NCBI GenBank assembly: GCA_965112735.1
Contig: OZ218965.1
Coordinates: 682,001-746,000, forward strand
Direction: 5' to 3'
Origin: Phaeosaccion multiseriatum
Lineage: Eukaryota > Protista > Ochrophyta, other classes
Length of the DNA: 64,000 nt
In this document: one piece after another, positions 12,001 through 22,815 of the stretch
Numbering within the stretch: the stretch's first letter is position 1
How the letters are laid out: each line of letters starts with the position of its first letter
The notes under the pieces: generated by a model
The model's database searches: none
Seen by the model: the letters and a program-made list of their open reading frames with translations, nothing else
Told to the model about the DNA's origin: nothing
Position numbers and translations under genes: made by a program

Positions 12001-15000
12001 TCTTTGGACATGCTGAGCGAGGGAGGCAGATTCGTCGAGATTGGGAAGCGAGGCGTGTGGAGTCACGAGCAGATGCGCACCGCCCGGCCCGATGTGGCAT
12101 ACAATCTCGTCGCTGTGGACACCATCATCAGCTCTGACCTCTCGGCAGGTGAGCCAGGCTGGATCAGTGATGGGCTGCAGCGCATTGCGGAAGCGTGTAT
12201 GTCTGGGGCTACGCAGCCATTGCCCGTCACGCCCTTCGACATACGAGGCGAGACCCCCAAGGCCATGGTGTTTATGATGGAAGCGCGGCACATCGGCAAG
12301 ATAGTGCTCACCAATCCCCCGTACGGTGTGCCAGTCGTGTCGGATGGCACGTACGTCATCAGCGGCGGTCTGGGGGCTCTCGGCCTCGTGACGGCTCAGC
12401 ACCTCGCGTCGAGGGGCGCTCGTCACCTGGTGCTGCTGTCGAGGAGTGGGAAGGTCGCCGAGAGCATGACCGAGCAGTGGGAGCAGCTTCAGAAGACGTC
12501 GCTGTTGACCATACATGCTCCAACTTGTGATGTCGCTGACGCCAAGGCCCTTCGGACTTGCCTAGGAGGTGTGCTGCCTCTGCTGCCCCCCGTACGCGGT
12601 GTGGTGCATGCCGCCGGGGTGCTGGATGATAAGCTGCTGGGAGAGCAAACGGTGGAGAGCGTGACGAACGTGTTCCGACCCAAGGTGCAGGGGGCGATAA
12701 ACTTGCACGAGCTTTCTTTGGCTTGGGCGAAGGAGGACGGGCGCACTCCTGGCCTTGACTTTTTCTTTTGCTTCACATCAATGGCCGGAGTACTGGGCAA
12801 CGCTGGACAGGCCAACTACGCTGCGGCGAATGCGGCTGTGGATGGGCTGATGCGGCACAGGCGACGCCTCGGGCTCGCAGGGATGTCATTGCAGTGGGGG
12901 CCGTGGGCTGATGTGGGTATGGCAGCCCAGCTTGACGTGGTTCAAAAGCAGTTGGAGTTAGCGGGTGTGGGCACGGTGTCAGCTGAGCTGGGCATGGCTG
13001 CCTTAGATGCCGCTGCGATGTCGTCAACGTCTTTGGGCGATGTGACTGTTCTGCCTGGCATGGACTGGGTCAAGTTTGCAGACAGCCTGGGGTTGTCCCA
13101 CAGTCCGCCGCTACTATCAGGGCTAGTCTCAGCAGCCGCAGCAGGCTCGTCGAGCAACACCGAAGTCAACAAAGAAGTGCGTGAGGAGCTGTTGGGACTG
13201 TCCCCAGGAGACCGAACACACGTGGTGAGCCTTGCGGTGATGGATATCGCCAAGGACCTGATCGGGGAGAACGGCGAAGGGCTGAAAGACACCACTCCTC
13301 TGATGGAGGCAGGCCTCGATTCCTTGGCAACGGTGGAGATGCGCGGTCGACTGCAGGCTCGCTTTGGGGTGAATGTGACTAGCGATGTACTCTTCTCGTA
13401 TCCAACGGTAGCGGCGCTCGCGGCGTGGATCGAAGAGGAAGTGCTTAGTGAGGCGATAGCGCCTCACGAAGTTACAGGACGGAATGGCGGGAAAGAAGAT
13501 GAAGCACAGCCGCTAGTCTATGCTGAGCTCGAGGACGATCAGTCTCTCCACCAGGCACAAGGAGAGCAGCGCCGCCGTCGTGGGCTGGCAGTGGTGGGCA
13601 TGGCTTGTCGCTTCCCGGGGGGAGTGACCGACCCTGGCGAGTTCTGGGGGAATGTTGTTGATGGAGTGGACTGTGCCACTCGGCTCTCCTTCGAGGGGTG
13701 GGGCGAGGAAACCGCAGGGCTGCACGCGGGCTTACTGGATGACGTCGAAAGCTTTGACAATGTACTCTTTGGCATTTCGTCCCGCGAGGCCAGCACCATG
13801 GACCCGAATCAGCGGTTGATGCTCCAAGTAGCGTACGAAGCACTTGTAGAGGCGGGCTTTGCAGGCTTTGCGCAAGGTGACGCCGAAGCAGAAGAGCATG
13901 GCGGCAAAGGACAGAGCAAGTATGCCATGAAGGGCTCAGACACGGGCGTCTTCATCGGTCTATCCGGCAGTGACTGGGCGACAATGCAGACAGACAGCGG
14001 AGAGAGGCCCGATGCGTACACCCTTGGAGGAACGAGTGCTTCTCTGGTGGCCGGACGCATCAGCAATCGGCTTGGACTCATGGGGCCAAGCTTTACGCTG
14101 GACACTGCGTGCTCGAGCTCACTTGTTGCGCTGGAGGCTGCGTGCGACAAGCTCAGACTGGGCAAATGCAAGACAGCCGTAGTCGGAGGAGTCAATTTGC
14201 TGCTCCATCCCCGATCCTTTGGCACCCTCCGAAAGGCCGGTCTGCTCTCTAAGAAAGGGTAAGAGTAGGGGACGGCTGCATCTTATGTGTTGCAAAAGAT
14301 TGCTTTATTGCTTGGGTCGCTCCTCTAACTCATTGTCATCGCTTCCTTCCTCCTGTCTTGCTCCTATCCATCTCAGTCGCACGGCCTCCTTTGCCGCCGG
14401 AGCCGATGGTTATGTCCGAGCGGAAGGCTGCGGAGCTGTGGTGCTGAAGCGCCTCTCGGACGCGGAAGCGGACCATGACAACATTCTGGCGGTCATTGAA
14501 GGATGCGCAGTCAACCACAACGGGCAAAGCGCGCAGATGACTGCCCCCAAGGGCGTGGCGCAGCGAGAGGTCATGCGCAGGGCGTTGAGAGACGCAAATC
14601 GCCGCGCCTGTGAAGTGGGATACGTGGAGGCACACGGGACGGGCACGGTGTTGGGCGACAGCATTGAGATGAGCGCTTTGCATGGGGTCTACCAGGAGGA
14701 GGAGCAATGGGGCGCTGACAAAAAGGGGGGTGACGAAAGGGGGGTGTATCCGCTTCGCGTGGGTGCGGTGAAGACCAGCCTGGGACATATGGAGGGTGCA
14801 TCGGGACTGGGGCAGCTCATTAAGGCTATCTTGGTCCTTCAGCACCAGCAGACACCGCCCAACCTGCATGGAGAGCACTTGTCCCCAGAGCTCGGCTACA
14901 TTGAGGAGTCGCGCCTCGCCCTCTGCTCGGAGCTCAGCGCTTGGAAGGCTCCTGTGGACCTGAAGGGGGATAGTAGCAGCAGTAGCGAGGAGGGGGGGGG

Positions 15001-15314
15001 GGCGCGAGCTGGTGCAGGCACGCTCATCGCAGCGGTGCACTCCTATGGCGTGGGCGGAACCAATGCTCACGTAATCTTGAGTAATTGGGGCGCAGCGGCG
15101 TTGCCGAGGGGGATAGGGCGTGAAGGCAGAGCTGAAGAGAAGGAGACTGCAGGGCCTCCATTGGTTTTGAAGTTCTCCGCTCGCTACCAGCCAAAGAACC
15201 CCACGCAAAGCGTCCGAAGGGTGATCGGGATCGAAGAAGACGTGCACGAGAAGGCAGTTCAAGCTTGCCTGGAGATCGCAGCTCTTTTCCAGCGGGAGAG
15301 GCAACAGGAGCAGG

Positions 15315-15346
<32 letters not shown>

Positions 15347-18283
15347 CGGATGAGAGAGAGGAGGGCTGTCTGTCTTCAGGAGGAGGCGGACCTCGAGGCC
15401 CAGCTCCAAGCTGTTGGCGCTGAGACGAACATCAGCAGCACTACCTCCTTCATGGAGCTGGGCATGGACTCCCTGGCCGTTGTGCAGCTGGTTAATACGC
15501 TGCAGGAGCAGTTTGAGCTGCAGGAGGAGCTGCCCCTTGCAGAGGTGCTTCAGAACCCTACACCAGAGGGCATCGCCGCACTAGTTGTGGAGCAGAGACA
15601 ACAAGGTCTTACTGGTGGGGGGGAAGGAGAGCACAACTACTGCAGCAGCGTGCCTGCTCACGAGAAGACGGAGGAGGAGGAGCCGCTGATGTGCACGAAG
15701 ATGATGTCTTCTGTGGTATTCAAGGTGACGCAAGTGGTGCTCATTGCGGTGCTCTTGGCGCATGTCTTCGCTTGCATGATCCTGCCCTACCGCTACCTCC
15801 GCTGGCTCAAGACTGACTCCGGCATCGAGACTTCGGTGTGGGTGGGGAAGGACTTGAGTCAATTCGCCGATCCGGAGTCCTCTTACGCCTCTCCAGGTGG
15901 AGTTGTGGGTTGGGGGCCTCTGGTCTCTTTCAGTATTGTCCTGTGGTTTCTGACGTACTCCGCTTCCATCGTGTGCGTCAAGTGGCTTGTCGTGGGGACG
16001 TACTTTGAGGCGACCATTCCAATTCATGCATCGTACTATCATCGCTGGTGGTACGTGAATGCGTGTATCAAAGTGTGGCAAGTGGGTGGCGGCTTTCTTA
16101 CCCTCGGCACACCCGGCATCACTTTGTTCTACAAGCTGCTGGGTGCCGACGTCTCCTGGCGCTGCTCCATTTCCACCTTTCTGCGAGAGTTTGACCTCAT
16201 CACGATTGGAGCCGGCGCTTCGGTGACTGGCGCGCTGTACCCTCGGTGCTTCACACCGTCAAGCATGGTTTTTCGCCGTATTGTTGTGGGGGCTGGCGCA
16301 GAGGTGGAGTCAGGGGCTGTGGTGTACGGCGGGGTGACGGTGGGTGAGGGCACCCGCATCGCTCGCGTATCCGTCGTCGCCCCGATGACTCGCATTCCTG
16401 CTGGCGATGGCGTGTGGGAGGGAAACCCAGCTCGTCGGAGGGCACAGCAGAGCTGCAGGAGCGAGGAGCGCGACGGAGGAGCTGCTGTTGTGGTCGACGC
16501 TGACAGAGAACTAGAAGGAAGCACCGAACGAGTCAGCTACAGAGGCGGATCAGCAGAAGATGCTGTCGCGCTTCTGCAAGGCTTGGCACGTATGGGGCTG
16601 ATTCTTGCCTCGGTCATGCTCACGGCCTTTTTTAGCTGGATGCCCGCCGTTGCGTACACCTTCCTTGGTGTGTCAAGAGACTTTCGATACGCAGGAGTCA
16701 TGAGCACTGTGTTGAGGGTGTACGGGGCCCTCCTGACCCTTGCCCTGTACCTGGTCCTGCTCAAGTGGGTCATTGCGCCGAGCTGCTTCCTTCGACCCGG
16801 CGTGTACACTGACAACTTCTGGACGGCTCTCCGTCGATGGTACCTCGGCAAGCTTCACAGCCAAGTGGCGGGCTATGTTCTTGTCTTCGCCCGCTGGCGC
16901 CTGTTCGACTGGTGGGGCAAGGCTCTGGGTGTGCGCATGGGAAGGGGGGCTATCAACTCGGGTGATGGCCTGTACAATCCCGAAACGGCCCACCTCATTA
17001 CGTTTGGTAAGACAGGAGGACAGAGCCCGGTTGGGGAGTGTGTGTAGGCGGTTAGGGGGGTGGGCTTGTTGGTACTACCCTACCCTCTATTTGTGGTGAT
17101 GACTCGGAGCGAGGCTGGACCGAATGCTGGTACGATGCTGCGTCGTCTTCGTTCTCTTGTCCCTTCTAAACGCCCTGACTTGTCTTGTACCACCGCCTAC
17201 TCCACAGGGAATGGTGCCTTTTCGTCGTATGCTGAACTTGCCACGGATGAGCCGCTGAGGGCCACTGCCAACATCCCTGTGGGGGCAAGACGGGTGCGAG
17301 GGACCTGCACCGTTGGGGACGGAGCGTTCCTCGGGTTTAGGTCCATCATGGAGCCTGGTGCTGCCATTCCTGCTCAGTCACATGTTGAAATGTTCACGGC
17401 TGTAGCACCTGAGGACACGGTCGTGTCAATATCCTGGGGGCGGGGAGCAGTGGGTGCAGGGGGAGAGGATGCGGCCATACTCACCGCAGGAGACGTTCAG
17501 CGCTCGGCCGCCTTTGTTGCCAGAGAGATTTGGGGCACGGTGCTGTGGCTGGCAGCCCATTTTGGGAGTCTGTTGGTGGTGGTGGAGATTGGGAGGCTTT
17601 TAAACCAAAGCGTGGCAGAGGAGCGGGGCATGAGCTTCGAGGCCATGCTGCCCCTGTACGGGGCCGTGTGCGGGTGTGCAGGAGCCCTTACCCTCACCCT
17701 TCTCATGGTGGCTTCGAAATGGCTGCTTGTCGGCGACTTCAGCCGAGGCGCGGACCCAAACACCGGGGCGTGTATGTCCTCCCAGGATATCTATCGGAGC
17801 GCACGAACGCAATACTTCCGTCTTTTGACCAGGCTGCGCCATTTCTTCCTGCGGTACATTCTGTCGCCTTTGTTCTGCGGTACATGGCTGTACAATATGT
17901 ACATTCGAGCGTCGAGCTCGCGGCCGAAGGACATCTCACTAGAGGCACTGGTGTTGGCCGCCGATGTGTTTGACTTTGACTTTCTCACCTTGGAGGCGGG
18001 TGCCATACTTGACATGGGTAGTGAAGTCATGTGTCACGTGCTTCGCCCAAGAGCGGGTAGTGCTGCTGGGGAAGACAGCACTACCGGGCTGCTGGTCATG
18101 TCCCCCTTTAGAGTGGAGGCAGGGGCAGTACTTCACCCCCACGCCTTTGTCACCCACGGCACGGTCGGCAGTAGGGCCGAGCTCTTCGCCTACAGTCCGC
18201 CTCTCATGGGGCAGAGGCTCCGGGACGGAGGCAGGTATGGCGGCCGCGGAGTGCCTGGCTTGATTAAAAGCAACTGGTTGTGA
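1..18283 (+). CDS. Giant modular type I polyketide synthase (5'-truncated), exons <1-4457, 4589-8878, 9033-14258, 14377-17006, 17208-18283; DH-ER-KR-ACP/KS-AT-KR-ACP/KS-DH-ER-KR-ACP/KS-ACP/Pls-like membrane terminal domain
   Basis: Exons sum to 17679 nt = 5893 codons, and all four GT..AG junctions preserve frame. KS motifs: DTACSSS/QTACSSS, EAHGTGT, KTNIGH/KTNLGH/KTSLGH. AT motifs: FTGQGSQ, GHSLGE, HAFHS. DH motifs: HAINNVVIIP/HAVNNVVIIP and HPAVLD. ER: LIHAASGGVG. KR: ISGGLGALG, YAAAN. ACP: GLDSL/GLDSM/GMDSL. Confidence 0.95.
4458..4588 (+). other. Spliceosomal intron 1 of PKS (phase 2, inside KS)
   Basis: TG|GTAAGT ... GGTCAG|G CGC TGT AAG restores LSLDW-RCKTFD. Confidence 0.9.
8879..9032 (+). 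other. Spliceosomal intron 2 of PKS (phase 2, same KS position)
   Basis: TG|GTAAGT ... TCGCAG|G CGC TGC AAG restores LSSDW-RCKTFD. Confidence 0.9.
14259..14376 (+). other. Spliceosomal intron 3 of PKS (phase 2, same KS position)
   Basis: GG|GTAAGA ... TCTCAG|T CGC ACG restores LSKKG-RTASF. Confidence 0.9.
15700..18283 (+). other. Pls/PosA-type NRPS terminal domain (three TM-pair + left-handed beta-helix-like repeats) at PKS C-terminus
   Basis: Three repeats, each with hydrophobic helices followed by KWLVVG..YYHRWW / KWVIAP..RPGVY..LRRWY / KWLLVG. Then FYKLLGADV / WGKALGVRMG / YNMYIRA, DLITIGAGA / LITFGNGAF / DFLTLEAGA, and WEGNPA. This matches the remembered pattern of the Pls C1-C3 region. 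Confidence 0.8.
17007..17207 (+). other. Spliceosomal intron 4 of PKS (phase 1, in terminal domain)
   Basis: TTT G|GTAAGA ... CCACAG|GG AAT GGT restores LITFG-NGAF, a hexapeptide (LbH)-like rung. Confidence 0.85.
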
Positions 18284-18589
18284 GGCTGTGAGGCTGCTGG
18301 AGAAGCTTGACGAGTCTCTCATTTATAGAGTAAAGACTTGGAGAGACGCAGTACGAGGTCTCAGACTTTCTCGTGTAGTTTCGTCTCCTCACTTGCGCAG
18401 AGCCATGTCCATACGACAGTAAAAAGTAGTGTGAAGACAGCACCAGTGACGGAAAGGACAGCCGTACTATGTCCACGATTCGCCCCTGCACGTGACATGG
18501 GCGCCTCCCACCTCAAACCATTTCACTGGACAGTAGTACTTACCTAAGAGAAGGAGAGGAAGAAATAATGATTACTTTGTTCCTACATT

Positions 18590-19000
18590 CCTTGCTTGCT
18601 TGCTTGCTTGCTTCCTTCCTTCCTTCCTTCCTTCCTTCCTTCCTTCCTTCCTTCCTTCCTTCCTTCCTTCCTTCCTTCTTTCCTTACTTACTTCCTTCCT
18701 TCCTTCCTTCCTTTTTCCTTTCTCCCTTTCTTCCTTGCTTGCTTCCTTCCTTGCTTCCTTCCTTCCATCCTTCCTTCCATCCTCCTTTTCGTGCTTGCTT
18801 CCTTCCATCCTTCTTCAAATCCTTCCTTTCCTTGCTTCCTTCCTTCCTTCCTTCCTTCCTTCCTTCCTTCCTTCCATCCTTCCTTCCTTCTTTCCTCCCT
18901 TACTTCCTTCCATCCACTAAGCCTCCTTTCCTTACTTGCTTCATAGCCGCAAAGCTTGATTCCTTCCATCCTTCTGCAATTTTTTTTTCCTTGCTTGCTT
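18590..19000. repeat. Degenerate (CCTT)n/(CTTG)n microsatellite
   Basis: Direct reading of the sequence. Confidence 0.95.
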
Positions 19001-19009
19001 CATAGCTGC

Positions 19010-19770
19010 AACACTGCCATCGTCTGCCATCGCGAGCGCTATATTCGGCACCACCACCTCCTCCTCCTCCTCCTCCTCCTCCTCCTCCTCCTCCTCCTCC
19101 TCCTCCTGTGGGCCCACTTGTTGGGCAATGTTCTTGTTGGTAATCCTTGCCATTACCTCTCTCAAGTTACGCTAGTCCAAGAAAGGGGGAAAAAAAAGCA
19201 CCACGTGTGTGTGCCTCCGGCGCTGGTCTGGCCTCGGCCCAGGCAATACACCCGGCCGTCTGCTGAGCAGCTTTGTGGGGGCAGTGCTTCGAGGGAGTCC
19301 CTCCTTCCATGCGCAAAGCTCGCTTGGGTGTCTCTGGGCCTTCCCCTCCTCCAGCGAGGTCACAAGTCTGGCTCTCTGCCGTGCACTGCTGCACTGATCA
19401 GACTCTCCGTCACCCTCTCCTCTCCGCCCTCTCGTCCCTGTATGCCGCTCTGCGCATGACACGCTTCAACGCCTCGAGGGAGAGCTTGTCGCGTGGCTGC
19501 CTCGCCATGCATGGCTGGTATCTCTTGAGCATCTCCAGCTCCATCTCCTGGACTGTTTCGTACTGCGTGCCTGCGGGCACGTGTACCGCGAGCGTGCGCA
19601 GGAGAGTGCTCCATCTCTGGTACGTGTTTGGCCAATGGAGCCAGCCGGCCGGCCGGTTGTCCCGCAGCCAGCCAGCAAGCGCTGCGCGCAAGCCAGCTCC
19701 GGAAAGTTCTCCTCCGCATCCTCCAGTCTCTGCCGCGCGCCTCGTCTGGGCTCTAGAAGCCAACAAGTGA
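19010..19770 (-). pseudogene. Degenerate coding fragment, possibly a hAT-like transposase C-terminal remnant
   Basis: Broken ORFs with coding-like composition. WSTLLRTLAVHVPAGT..E..PRDKLSLEALKRVM loosely resembles the hAT dimerisation-domain pattern; in-frame stop at 19410-19412. Confidence 0.25.
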
Positions 19771-19960
19771 TACCTGCTACTCGATGCCCACCGCTGCGCC
19801 AGCCGACCTGCTACCTTCGGCCCCTCACATGGTTCTGAGGCGACCCTGGTTCCTGGTTCTGGTCGGCGCCAGCCTTTCGGCCAGGCAGGTTCCAGGTTCT
19901 GGGGGAAAGCCATGCCAAGGTTGGTTCGCTCTGGGCTGGCCTGTCCATGTCAGGGGCCGA

Positions 19961-20070
19961 CTACCTACTACCGCCGGCGTCAGCCAACGTGCTACCTGCT
20001 ACCGGCGGTACCAGCCGGCTTGCTACCTGCTACCGCCGACGTCAGTTGGCCTTTACCTGCTACCGGCCGA
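19961..20070 (+). repeat. ~31-bp degenerate minisatellite with conserved core (C/T)TACCT(G/A)CTACCG
   Basis: Units start at 19961, 19992, 20023 and 20053; partial cores at ~19771 and ~19806. Confidence 0.85.
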
Positions 20071-20325
20071 CCGGCCGGCCGGCCAACCATCAGCTGCCAC
20101 CGCCCCCCCCCAGTAGTTGACGATATCGATCCTATTAAGTCAATAATTATCCCCTGAGAACTGGAACTGGAACTGAAACTGGCACGCCCCTCCTCGCCAT
20201 TGCTCCTCGCCTTTGGCAAACAGCGCACAGCACAGAGCGCCGTGTAAGGTCTATTGAATGGAGTTGAGGGGAGTACAGTAGAAGGGAGAGAGAGAGCTAT
20301 CGACTAAGTGGAGCAGCTGCAGATC

Positions 20326-22295
20326 ATGACTTCCCATGTTGCACCGCGTTCGCTGGTATTTTGGAACACCAAGGAGATCTGCACTTGGCTCTCCAATTGC
20401 CCCATGCCCCCAGGCGTTGTGGAAGAAGCACGCCGGCAGAAGGTCAATGGAGGGATGCTCATTGGCCTCGTCAACTCAGGCAGCCTTTCAGATATTGGGC
20501 TTACCAGCTCAATGAAGATAAGCCAGATAATATGGAATTTAGAGGTAAGTTGTACATGCAAACATCTTCGACGTACAGCGGGGAGGAGAATCGGGGGCCT
20601 TTCAATGGTCTCAGGGATGATTCCTGTCCTCCTACCTCTTGGGGGTGAAGCTTCAAGGGTTAGGGGCTCTTCTCCCCTCTTCTTTGGCTTTCGTTCGACG
20701 TCGGTTCCCTGCAGAAGTGGCCCATTCTTGCTCTCTGGGCAAACTTGGTATCAATCTCCTTCCTTTCTCGTGTGTGAACCGCCTCATTAGCGTCGTATCA
20801 AGGAGCACGGGGACGAAGGATGCAAAATCGCCATCGACCCAAACGTGTTTGAGGGCGTCCCAGGTAGGTCAATCGTGAGGGAGCGAACAAGGGCGAGAGA
20901 GAGACCGAGAGATCGAGCGACACACACACATACACAGTGTGCGCATGTGTGTGCATGTGTGTGTGTGAGAGAGAGAGAGAGAGAGCGAGCGAGAGGGAGA
21001 GAGAGACAGAGACAGAGGGAGAGACAAGAGTATCGACGAAAAGATGGAAGGAGGGGGAGGAATTCTAAGGTCCATACGGGGCTCGTCGGAAGTCCACCTC
21101 CCAGACTCTTGATGTGGGCCTACCACCCCACTGTCTAAGAACAAGCAGTCCCGCAGAGACACAGCAGAGCACGCCTGACAAGTGCTCCATGGCATAACCC
21201 GCTCCTCTCCTCTCTATCCCTCCCTCCTTCCTTCCTTCCTGGCTGCTGACAGGGCGGCTGCAGGGCCAGGGCAGTATGTCCAACATGTCTCAGCAGTTCG
21301 GCACTCTGTCCACAAAGGAAGAAGGGGAGGACGAGCCTAAACCGCCCCCTCCGCCAGTGGTGGTGGACTTGCTGAGTATGAGCCCGGTGTCTTCACCCAA
21401 AAGCGGAGGAGGAGGAGGAGGAGGAGAAGGAGAGGCAGGGGAGGGGGAGGAGACGAAGAAGAAGAAAAAGAAGAAGATGGGCAAGAACGGCAAGGCTCAG
21501 TTTAGCCTTATCGATTTCGGCGACGAGGACGGGGAGGTTGGAGGAGAAGACGAGGAGGGGGAAGAGGAGGAGGACGATGGGCTCCCGGAGGCAACTCCCG
21601 TGGCCTTGGAGTTTGACGTGGTGTTTGAGAAAGACAAGACGCCCAACGTGCTGCTGGAGGAGTTCCAACCGGGCAACAGGCTCATCGTCAAGGGCTTCCC
21701 TCGGAAACCCAACGGAGAGAAGGGCAACGCAGAGCTCACGGGCAAGATTATGAAGGGGTGAGTGCGTGAGTGCGTGAGCGCGTGAGTGCGTGAGTGCCAG
21801 GGAGGGAGGGGAAGGAGGGTGATGGCAGCGCGCCTGCCCGCAGAGGGTCGAGAGGGGCGCCATTGGGCAGCAAGTGCCGGAGCGAAGGGACACAGAGAGG
21901 CAGGGTGGGCGTGTGTGCGTGCGTTCGTGTGCGTGTGTGCGTGCGTTCGTGTGCGTGTGGCCGAGCAGCGAGCGTGGCGAGGGGCTAATTTGCTAGGGAC
22001 GGGCCATTGCACTTGCCCTTACCCCACGGGGACAGAACAGAGCAAGGCATTTCCTCACTCACCCCCGTACCTCTCTCTTTGTCTTGTCTGCCCCGTCCAT
22101 CCACTGCCATCCCCCCCCCCCCCCTGCTCTGTATTGCCCTGCAGAGACTTCCTCCTCGCCGCGAACGGCCTGCTCCTGTCGGGCTTCCAGTTCCCCGAGG
22201 CGATTCAGCTGCTAACTGACCAGCCGTACCCCCTCCGCCTGCGCTTCCAGAGGATGCCTGCCCATCTCAGGGCCATCTCCTTCGAGTCATGGTGT

Positions 22296-22341
<46 letters not shown>

Positions 22342-22383
22342 GTGTGTGTATGTGTGTGTGTGTGTGTGTGTAAGTGTGTGTGT

Positions 22384-22465
<82 letters not shown>

Positions 22466-22781
22466 GTGTGTGTAGGGGGGGGATTGAGAGTGCAGTGCAG
22501 TGAATCAAACCAGGCCAATCCTCGAACCTCGAAGAATGGCGAAGGCCCTGTGTCTGTGTCCTATGTCTGTCCCCCCTTATCCCCCTTGCCATCCCCACCT
22601 CCCCACCAGGTCAGTGAACGCCCTCCGTTCGGTGTTGCTGGAGGAGGGCCTCCCCTTGACCGGGCTGGAGCGCCACGCCGAACTCGTGTCGATGGCGAAG
22701 AGGGCGTTTTGGAAGAAGCCGCCACCCCTCCCTCCGGCACCGCCAAAGGTGGAGCCCGGGGCCACAGCCATGCTCAATGGT

Positions 22782-22815
<34 letters not shown>

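Noticed and set aside
4456-14262. Stops and frame changes between PKS ORFs read as separate genes or a frameshifted pseudogene
   Set aside because: Each stop is the TAA of a GTAAG donor. Splicing restores a continuous KS and the total length is a multiple of 3.
18568-19005. ORFs such as LPSFLPSF / GRKEGRKE, and the many VCVC, HTHT, SLTH and GREGG ORFs elsewhere
   Set aside because: Translations of microsatellites in introns or intergenic DNA.
19961-20070. CRISPR-like repeat-spacer array
   Set aside because: The core is only ~13 bp, spacers are ~18 bp and mutually similar, the context is eukaryotic and there are no cas genes.
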